DNA of 64,000 nt from contig DEJS01000019.1 in NCBI GenBank assembly GCA_002353485.1, positions 22,138 to 86,137 on the forward strand, read 5' to 3'. A program made the translations under genes and the position numbers. Source of the DNA: Prevotella sp. UBA2742. Lineage in GTDB: Bacteria; Bacteroidota; Bacteroidia; Bacteroidales; Bacteroidaceae. Under the pieces are notes generated by a model, which worked only from the letters and a program-made list of their open reading frames with translations, ran no database searches and was not told where the DNA came from. Of the stretch, positions 56,873-64,000 are shown piece by piece (position 1 is the stretch's first letter; each line of letters opens with the position of its first letter).

Positions 56873-58393
56873 ATGATTTCCGACGAGTTGACATACCGTG
56901 TGCGCGAGGCTTTCGGGCACGAGCCTACTGCCGAGCAGGAGCAGGCCATCCGGACGTTTGCCCTTTTTATGACCGACCGCCGCGAGGAGGCTGTGATGCT
57001 GCTGCGCGGGTCGGCGGGTACGGGCAAGACGACGCTGGCCGCTGCCATGGTGCGTGCGCTGCTGTCGCTGGCCGGGCCCTCGGGGTCGGCCGATGGTCAC
57101 AGGCGCGAGCGGCTGGTGCTGCTGGCTCCTACGGGGCGTGCGGCCAAGGTGTTCTCGCTGTATGCCGGCCACGCGGCCTACACCATCCACCGGCGCATCT
57201 ACCGCCAGCGGTCGATGGAGGGCACCTTCGACCTGAGCTTCAACGGGGCGCAGGACACGCTGTTCATCGTGGACGAGGCCTCGATGATAGGCGACAGCGC
57301 GGCGCCGGGCGAGTCGCCCTTCGGCGGCGGCCGGCTGCTGGACGACCTGATACGCTTTGTGTACAACGGCCGCGGCTGCCGGCTGATGCTCATCGGCGAC
57401 CGTGCGCAGCTGCCGCCGGTGGGGCTGACGGAGAGTCCGGCGCTGAGCGCCGACGTGCTGCGCGGCTACGGCCTGTGGCCTTACGAGTGCGACCTTCAGG
57501 AGGTGCTCAGGCAGAGCCACGAGTCGGGCATCCTGTTCAATGCCACGCGCATACGCCAGTGGGGCGCCGAGGGCGGTGCCCGTCCGACGGTGCTGCCGCA
57601 GGTGACCTTCCGCGGGTTCCGTGACATCAGGGTGGTGCCCGGCCAGGAGCTCATCGACGAGTTGGCGGGCAGCTACCAGCAGGTGGGTCTGGACGACACG
57701 CTGGTCATTACGCGGTCGAACAAGTGGGCCAACGTGTACAACCAGGGCATACGCAACCGCATCCTGGACCGCGACGCCGAGCTGTGTGCCGGCGACCGCC
57801 TGATGATAGTGAAGAACAACTACTACTGGACGCAGCAGGGACGGCCGTCGGACGGCGGCCGCGAGGCGTCAGACCTGTCGCCGGACGGCGGCCGTAGCGG
57901 CGAGGAGCCGCGGCTGGACTTCATTGCCAACGGCGACCTGGCCGTGGTGCGCCGTGTGCGGCATCAGCACGAGCTGTACGGGTTCCGCTTTGCCGAGGTC
58001 ACGATGACGTTTCCGGATTACGGCGACCTGGAGCTGACGGCCATGGTGCTGCTCGACACGCTGACGTCGGAAGCTCCGGCGCTGACGCGCGAACAGCAGC
58101 AGCAGCTGTTCGACCGCGTACTGGAGGACTATCAGGACGTGCCCTTGAAGCGTGACCGTCTGAAGCGGCTGAAGGAGGACAAGTACTATAATGCCTTGCA
58201 GGTGAAGTTTGCCTACGCCGCCACCTGCCACAAGGCCCAGGGCGGACAGTGGGCCCACGTCTATGTGGACCAGGGCTACATGACCGACGACATGCTGACG
58301 GCCGACTATCTGCACTGGCTCTACACCGCCTTTACGCGGGCCACGGAACGGCTCTACCTGGTCAACTGGCCGACGACGCAGACGGCGCGCTGA
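56873..58393 (+). CDS. RecD-like SF1 ATP-dependent DNA helicase
   Basis: GSAGTGKT, LAPTGRAA, IVDEASM, GDRAQLPPV, YAATCHKAQGGQW, YTAFTRA; ATG after TAACTTTG. Confidence 0.92.
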   Translation: MISDELTYRVREAFGHEPTAEQEQAIRTFALFMTDRREEAVMLLRGSAGTGKTTLAAAMVRALLSLAGPSGSADGHRRERLVLLAPTGRAAKVFSLYAGHAAYTIHRRIYRQRSMEGTFDLSFNGAQDTLFIVDEASMIGDSAAPGESPFGGGRLLDDLIRFVYNGRGCRLMLIGDRAQLPPVGLTESPALSADVLRGYGLWPYECDLQEVLRQSHESGILFNATRIRQWGAEGGARPTVLPQVTFRGFRDIRVVPGQELIDELAGSYQQVGLDDTLVITRSNKWANVYNQGIRNRILDRDAELCAGDRLMIVKNNYYWTQQGRPSDGGREASDLSPDGGRSGEEPRLDFIANGDLAVVRRVRHQHELYGFRFAEVTMTFPDYGDLELTAMVLLDTLTSEAPALTREQQQQLFDRVLEDYQDVPLKRDRLKRLKEDKYYNALQVKFAYAATCHKAQGGQWAHVYVDQGYMTDDMLTADYLHWLYTAFTRATERLYLVNWPTTQTAR

Positions 58394-60213
58394 GCGTAGG
58401 CACGCGAGATGCTCTTGATGAAGGCCTCGAAGTCGGCATACTGGGAGGCGGGGTAGGTGCCGGCGTGCATGACGACGCGGTAGCGCACCTTGAGACGGCC
58501 TTCGGCCACCTTCGTCTGGAAGAGGAAGGAGCCGAAGGGTTTTTCTATTCTGATGTTTTTGGGACGGGCCTCGAGGGTGTAGCCCTCGGGCAGGGCGATG
58601 TCTATGCGGTCCTCGTCCTGGTAGCCCATGTCTATCGCGAGGGGCTCGGTGCGCTGGTGGCCCGGGCTGGCGATGCCGTAGCCCTGGTGTATGGGGCACA
58701 GGGGCAGGAAGAGCCGCTGTCCGGAGCGTACGGCGTAGCCGCGGCTGCTGATGTCGGCCTCGAGCGTCAGGCGGGCGCTGTCGGCAGGCTGGCTGACGCT
58801 GATGCGGCCGATGTCGGCCTGTGGGGCGCGCAGTAGCTGGCGCAGCGTGCGCTGGCGGTCCTTCGGGTCCATGCGCAACATGGGTGCGAGGGCCTCATAC
58901 TGGCGGTTCTCTGACACCTGTCGCAGCCTGATGTCGGCATCGCCGTCGGGCGTCAGGCTGATGCTGATGCGGCTGCGCTGGCAGTTCAGCGTGTCGGCAT
59001 AGGCGGGCAGTCGGACCAGGTGGCCGCCGTCGTCGTCGACGGCGATGGCATCGTGGTCGGCAATGTCTTCGTGCACGTAGCCGAAGGGCAGCTCGGGGTT
59101 GGTGCACTCCAGCCACAGGGTGTCCTGGGGCAATGGTACCTGCAGGATGACGTGGTTCATCTGGCCCACGCTGGCAAAGTGGGGCAGCAGCCGGCGGTTG
59201 TGCGTGCTGATGGTGGTGTAGCGGCTGCTGATGCCTACCTCGCGCAGCATGGCGCGCATGAGGTTGGAGAGTCCCTTGCAGTCGCCGAAGCCGCTGCCGG
59301 CCACTTCCGCTGCGGGAGCGGGTTGCTGTCCGCCAATGCCTAAGAGTATGGCCACGTAGCGGGTGTTGCGGCCCAGGTAGCGGTAGAGTGCGTGCACCTT
59401 CTGGCGTACCGTGGGCAGTGTGTCGGTCAGCTGGTGCAGCTCGGCGCGCAGTGTCTCGGGCAGTGCGTCGCGCCCCTCGAGCAGCGAGCGCTCCCAGCGC
59501 CCGTAGTCGGCCCACGTGTCGAGGCTGCCCTCCGTGCCGTAGTACGTGAAGCGGCGCGGTGCGAAGTAAGCCAGGGGCAGGCGCTCGCGCAGCGGACGGG
59601 CATAGGGCTCGTCGTGCAGTGCCGGCAGGTCGGTCACGTCGAGGGTCAGCGTCCGGCGCCCGTCCGCGTCGGTGGTGGTCTGCGGCTCGGTGCCGATGTT
59701 CTGCAGGGCGTGGCGCACGTCGATGTCGGCGGGGACCGTCAGCCGGTAGAGAGCGTGGCGCACGCTGACCTCGTAGTCGTCCTGCGGGCAGAAGGGGGGA
59801 TACTCTATCAGCGTGTTGCGCAGCTCCATGCTCCACTCGTAGGTAATGGTGATGGGGTAGGAGGGCGGCGTGTAGTCGAGGTACAGCTGGTAGTCGTCGA
59901 TGGCCAGGTAGGGCGAGTATTCGGTGCGGCGCAGGTCGCCCTGGCGGAACTTGCGCAGCTGGCGGCCCTGGGCGTCGACGGCCTCGCCGCGGAAGCTGGT
60001 CAGCCGCTCCTGCTTGCTGCAGCGGCAGAGGAAGAAGGCCTTGTCGGCCCCTTGCTCGTCGCGGATGGTGACGGTCTGGCGCTGGTGGGTGACGGCACGT
60101 GTGGCGCTGCTGACAGTGACCTCGGTCAGATGGTCGTCGACGACGGCATGCTGGGCTCTGGCTGCCGTGACGGCCAGCAGCGTCAGCAGGAAGGTAACGA
60201 CGGGGCGCATCAT
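58354..60213 (-). CDS. DUF3857 / transglutaminase-like exported protein
   Basis: Start reassigned to MMRPVVTFLL (signal; ATGA overlap with the upstream stop); GDCKGLS, NHVIL, WLECT. Confidence 0.85.
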   Translation of the reverse strand: MMRPVVTFLLTLLAVTAARAQHAVVDDHLTEVTVSSATRAVTHQRQTVTIRDEQGADKAFFLCRCSKQERLTSFRGEAVDAQGRQLRKFRQGDLRRTEYSPYLAIDDYQLYLDYTPPSYPITITYEWSMELRNTLIEYPPFCPQDDYEVSVRHALYRLTVPADIDVRHALQNIGTEPQTTTDADGRRTLTLDVTDLPALHDEPYARPLRERLPLAYFAPRRFTYYGTEGSLDTWADYGRWERSLLEGRDALPETLRAELHQLTDTLPTVRQKVHALYRYLGRNTRYVAILLGIGGQQPAPAAEVAGSGFGDCKGLSNLMRAMLREVGISSRYTTISTHNRRLLPHFASVGQMNHVILQVPLPQDTLWLECTNPELPFGYVHEDIADHDAIAVDDDGGHLVRLPAYADTLNCQRSRISISLTPDGDADIRLRQVSENRQYEALAPMLRMDPKDRQRTLRQLLRAPQADIGRISVSQPADSARLTLEADISSRGYAVRSGQRLFLPLCPIHQGYGIASPGHQRTEPLAIDMGYQDEDRIDIALPEGYTLEARPKNIRIEKPFGSFLFQTKVAEGRLKVRYRVVMHAGTYPASQYADFEAFIKSISRAYAQRAVCVVGQLTR

Positions 60214-62213
60214 GGCTGTTTCTTCAGGGTCAGGATGTACTTGTTGCTCTCTACCAGCTTGTCGAAGAAGGCCTTCAGGTCGGGGTACTGCTGCTGGTAG
60301 AAGAAGGTGCGGCTGATGTCGAGCTGGTAGCGCGCCGAGAGTACGCGGCCGTGGAGCTGGCAGATGATGCGGGCGGTGATGCCGTCGAGCTTGATGACCA
60401 TGGGCTTTGGCAGTTCTTCGGGCGCCCAGCCCTCGGGCAGTGTCAGCTGGACGTACAGCTGCTCGTGCTGACGGTAGGGAAACTCCACGGGGAGGTCGCG
60501 CTGGTCGGCCTTGAAGGGATTGCTGCGCTGGGGCGTAAAGAGCAGCGGGTTCAGGTAGATGATGTCGCCGGCCGTGTCGCACTGCTTGGTGAAGTGCAGC
60601 ATCTCGCGCACGGTGGGCGAGAAGTCGTGACGGCCCACCAGACGGTAGTCGGACACCTCGATGGCCTCACGGTCCTGCAGCTGGTGTATGACCTCGGTGC
60701 TGTCGTCGGCCGTGCGCCACTGGCGGCGCAGGCTGGCGGCGGCCTGTCCGTAGCAGGAGCGGACGCGCAGTCCGCTGACGGTGCCGTCGGCCGAGAGCGT
60801 GGCCTGAATGGTGGTCACCTCGCGGTGGGGCGACATGGCGCGCAGGTTGAGCCAGTCGCCGGGACGGTCCTTGCGTATGATGCGGGCGCGCTCTACCAGC
60901 AGGGGTGCGGGCAGCACGTCGAGATAGCCGTCCTGTGCCGAGGCGTCGAGGCAGGCCACGGTGCTGTCGTTGAGCTGTATGCCCACGACGAAGGTGGAAA
61001 GGTACTTCAGGCTGGCATGGGTCAGGGGCAGCATTCCGCGGTTGCGCAGCCGCAGCCCCACGGGGAATGCCTCGAGGCCGGCGTCGTGCAGCATGTTGAT
61101 AAGCAGGAAGTTGATGTCGGCATTAGAGCCTGTTCCGTCCTTCAGTACGCGCGAGCCGGACTTGGCCCAGAAGCCATAGTAGTTGTTCCAGCGCACGCGG
61201 CTCTTCAGCATCTGCCACACGGCGGCCACGCGCTGGCGCGCGTCGGCCATGGCGGGAATGCCGGCGGCCACAATCTCCGACTTCAGGGGACTGCTCTTCT
61301 TGATGCGCCAGCCGAACTCCTCGTCGTCTTTCAGCTGCTTGTCTATGTCTTCCCATGTGGTGGAGTAGTTCTTGTGCACCTCGCCGGGAATGTAGACGCC
61401 GCGCAGCTCGTGGGTCACCTTGCTGCCGTAGTCGGCGGCACAAAATACGAAGTCGTCGTCCTTCAGGGCAGGCAGGAACTCGCCGGTGAAGGTCTTTTCT
61501 TCGGTGCTCAGGGGGGTGCCCTCAATGGTCATGTTGCCCTGCTCGCCGGTGTACTGCAGATGGGCCACGCCCGACTGCTCGATGCTGAAGCGGAACCACT
61601 CGGGCACGGAGAGCTGGTAGCGTGTCCAGCGTACGGGAATGTCGCTCTGGGCGTGCCAGTCGTGAAGGTCGTAGAAGAAGTCGCTCTCCAGGCGGTACTC
61701 GTACTCGATGACGGTGCCCACGCGAACCTGAGGCACGCTGAACTTGACGAGCTTCTCGGTCTTGTCGACCTGCTCCTCGTTGACCATCGAGCCTTCCATC
61801 TTGGTCTTCACCACCTTGCCGTTCTCCAGGTTGTAGGCGGTGGCCTTCAGACCTGTCACTATCTCGCGCATCATGCGGTAGCTCTCGCCCTGGCGCAGCG
61901 GGATGCTGATGTCGCCCACGCTGCGGCCTTCGGGCTTGAGCACCTTCAGACGGCAGCGCACGTCGTAGAGCACCTGGATGCCGTTGGAAAAGCTATAGTA
62001 GACGTCCACGGAGCGGTACAGCTCGACGGCGCGGGCGTCCTTGTCGGGGACGTATTCGGTCATGGTGAGTTCTTCTTGGGTGGGTTTGCCCCACTTCTTG
62101 TTCAGCTCCTGCGACAGCGCGGTCAGGCTGCAGCCAAGCAGCAGCGCCAGCAGAAGGGTGGTCTTAAGGTGCCTGTGTATACTCATAGGAAAGGTTAGTG
62201 TGTAGTGTTTCAT
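60210..62213 (-). CDS. DUF3857 / transglutaminase-like exported protein (catalytic Cys absent)
   Basis: PQVRVGTVIEYEY, GTGSNADINFLL, LDAS; start could also be 62186. Confidence 0.82.
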   Translation of the reverse strand: MKHYTLTFPMSIHRHLKTTLLLALLLGCSLTALSQELNKKWGKPTQEELTMTEYVPDKDARAVELYRSVDVYYSFSNGIQVLYDVRCRLKVLKPEGRSVGDISIPLRQGESYRMMREIVTGLKATAYNLENGKVVKTKMEGSMVNEEQVDKTEKLVKFSVPQVRVGTVIEYEYRLESDFFYDLHDWHAQSDIPVRWTRYQLSVPEWFRFSIEQSGVAHLQYTGEQGNMTIEGTPLSTEEKTFTGEFLPALKDDDFVFCAADYGSKVTHELRGVYIPGEVHKNYSTTWEDIDKQLKDDEEFGWRIKKSSPLKSEIVAAGIPAMADARQRVAAVWQMLKSRVRWNNYYGFWAKSGSRVLKDGTGSNADINFLLINMLHDAGLEAFPVGLRLRNRGMLPLTHASLKYLSTFVVGIQLNDSTVACLDASAQDGYLDVLPAPLLVERARIIRKDRPGDWLNLRAMSPHREVTTIQATLSADGTVSGLRVRSCYGQAAASLRRQWRTADDSTEVIHQLQDREAIEVSDYRLVGRHDFSPTVREMLHFTKQCDTAGDIIYLNPLLFTPQRSNPFKADQRDLPVEFPYRQHEQLYVQLTLPEGWAPEELPKPMVIKLDGITARIICQLHGRVLSARYQLDISRTFFYQQQYPDLKAFFDKLVESNKYILTLKKQP

Positions 62214-62329
62214 AAGTGCTTGTGTACTTTTGATGATAAACGGCTGCAAAGGTAGTATTTATTTTGGACGTGGCAATGCTTTTCGACAAAAAACTTTGCC
62301 GTTTGGGAAAAAAAACGTATCTTTGCGCC

Positions 62330-63580
62330 ATGATGACCGTATTGTATGTGATATTGGCCCTTGTCGTGGGGGCGGTGGTGGCCTATGTGCTCATGGACCG
62401 CCGTATGGACGTGGTACGCATAGAGAGCGCCAAGAAGGACGTGCAGCTGGAGCACCTGCGGCAGCAGGTGGCCGACGCCCGCGGCGAGAAGCAGGAGGAG
62501 CAGCAGCGCCGTGACGCGCAGTTTATGAACATGGCCCAGCAGGTGCTGGAACAAAGCGCGTCGAAGCTGAAGGAGGAGAACAAGGAGACCATGGCCGGCG
62601 TGACGGCACCGCTGAAAGAAGCTATCTCAGAGATGCGGCGCGCCATCAGCGAGAATACGAAGGACCACACGGCGCAGACGGCGTCGCTGAAGGAACAGCT
62701 GCGGCTGATGATGGAAACGGGCCGCGAGATGAGCGAGAAGGCCGAAGGACTGGCCAACGTGCTGCGCCGCGACAACAAGGTAAGCGGAAACATGGGCGAG
62801 ATCATACTGGGCGACCTGCTGGCCTCGCAGGGACTGACCGAGGGCATACACTACGAGGTGCAGGCCCGGTTGCGCGACGAGCAGGGACGTCCGCTGAAGA
62901 ACGACGAGACGGGACGCGAGATGCAGCCCGACGTCATTCTGCACTACCCGCAGGGGCAGGACGTCATCATCGACTCGAAGGTGTCGCTGGTGGCCTATCA
63001 GCGCTACGCCAATGCCGAGGATGCGGACGAGAAGGAACGGGCGCTGCAGGAGCACATCAGGAGCGTGCGCCAGCACGTCACCGAGCTGGCACGGAAGGAC
63101 TACTCGAAGTATATCAAGGCGCCGCGCGAGGCCGTCGACTTCGTCATCATGTTCGTGCCCTTCGAGTCGTCGCTGCAGCTGGCACTGGTCAACGACCCGT
63201 CGCTGTGGCGCGAGGCTTTCGAACGGAAGGTGTTCATCACAGGTGAGCAGAACCTGCTGGGCATTCTGCACATGATACATCTGGCCTGGGTGCAGAATCA
63301 GCAGGCCGAGAACCAAGAGAAGGTGTTCGGGGTGGCAGAGCAGTTGCTGGACCGCCTGGGTGACTTCATCCTGCGCTATCAGAAGGTGGGCGAGCAGATA
63401 GAACAGGTGCGTAAGGTGTACGACCTGTCGACAAACAAGCTGAACGAAGGGCGGCAGAGCGTGCTGCAGAAGGCCAACGAGCTGAAGACCCTGGGAGCGA
63501 AGGAGAATCCGAACAGGAGAATCCCCTCGGTGGTTGACTCGAACATAGGCATTGGGGCAGAGCATGATCTATCTGAATGA
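62330..63580 (+). CDS. rmuC: DNA recombination protein RmuC
   Basis: N-terminal TM, coiled coil, GNMGEIIL, QPDVILHYP, IIDSKVSL, DFVIMFVP. Confidence 0.93.
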   Translation: MMTVLYVILALVVGAVVAYVLMDRRMDVVRIESAKKDVQLEHLRQQVADARGEKQEEQQRRDAQFMNMAQQVLEQSASKLKEENKETMAGVTAPLKEAISEMRRAISENTKDHTAQTASLKEQLRLMMETGREMSEKAEGLANVLRRDNKVSGNMGEIILGDLLASQGLTEGIHYEVQARLRDEQGRPLKNDETGREMQPDVILHYPQGQDVIIDSKVSLVAYQRYANAEDADEKERALQEHIRSVRQHVTELARKDYSKYIKAPREAVDFVIMFVPFESSLQLALVNDPSLWREAFERKVFITGEQNLLGILHMIHLAWVQNQQAENQEKVFGVAEQLLDRLGDFILRYQKVGEQIEQVRKVYDLSTNKLNEGRQSVLQKANELKTLGAKENPNRRIPSVVDSNIGIGAEHDLSE

Positions 63581-64000
63581 CGACATAGCAGGCTTCGATC
63601 TGGAGAGGGCGCTGCCCCTGCTGTCGGACCAGCGCCGGGAGCAGGCGCTGAAGTTCAGGTACGAGCTGGGGCGCAAGACGTCGGCCATGGCCTACCTTCT
63701 GCTGTGCGAGGGCCTGCGGCAGGAGTACGGCATCACGGAGCGTCCGCTGTTTGAATATGGCGAGCACGGCAAGCCCAGCATCGTAGGACATCCGGAGATA
63801 CACTTCAACCTGAGTCACTGCCGCGAGGCGGTGGTGTGCGCGGTGAGCGACAGGCCCGTGGGCGTGGACGTGGAGTGTTTCAGGGAATACAAGGAAAGTC
63901 TGGTGCGCTACACAATGAACGATGAGGAGGTGGAGCGCATTGTGCACGCCGAACGGCCTGAGGAGGAGTTCATACGCCTGTGGACCATGAAAGAGGCCAA
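63564..64000 (+). CDS. Sfp-type 4'-phosphopantetheinyl transferase, 3' end outside window
   Basis: Manual translation MIYLNDDIAGFDL...YGEHGKP...HFNLSHC...VGVDVE...LWTMKEA. Confidence 0.88.
   Translation, partial: MIYLNDDIAGFDLERALPLLSDQRREQALKFRYELGRKTSAMAYLLLCEGLRQEYGITERPLFEYGEHGKPSIVGHPEIHFNLSHCREAVVCAVSDRPVGVDVECFREYKESLVRYTMNDEEVERIVHAERPEEEFIRLWTMKEA

Noticed and set aside
60214-60582. N-terminal extensions in the ORF track (also for GH28, mutY, dnaG, RecD-like, rmuC, 19029 and 56539 starts)
   Set aside because: They overlap neighbouring genes or promoters; downstream ATGs give proper signal peptides or family N-termini
58354-62213. Transglutaminase-like genes as the leader peptidase for the YxxP peptides
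   Set aside because: They are distant, carry Sec signals, lack an RRE, and belong to a widespread housekeeping-like pair; only fold-level analogy supports the link
63564-64000. Sfp PPTase as a sign of an NRPS/PKS cluster
   Set aside because: No carrier-protein or synthase genes in the window; it is coupled to rmuC and likely housekeeping

Overview
Chromosomal window from a GC-rich Prevotella-like Bacteroidales genome (TAnnTTTG -7 promoters, SprA, hybrid two-component system). Core genes include aspC (partial), ribBA, lptF/G, tRNA-Met, ddh, ruvA-sprA, nadB, dacB-mscS-mutY-purN, etfB-etfA-acyl-CoA dehydrogenase, dnaG-cls, rsmD, a RecD-like helicase, two DUF3857/transglutaminase-like genes, rmuC and a partial Sfp-type PPTase. 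Three accessory blocks interrupt them: a SusCD-less carbohydrate cluster (GH97-GH43-GH43, HTCS, GH28), a block after sprA, and a block after purN. The strongest unexplained pattern is that all three large secreted proteins with a Prevotella-type T9SS-like C-terminal tail are directly followed by a 51-63 aa peptide gene with a shared MKKxYxxP...QMLxxS leader; two of these peptides are missing from the ORF track. Also notable are a candidate sRNA whose promoter shares a 36-bp operator-like motif, at identical spacing, with the GH97 promoter, and a family of intergenic palindromic elements with 11-bp periodicity. I found no integrase, transposase, reverse transcriptase or CRISPR array. All product calls come from motif recognition by eye, not database searches.
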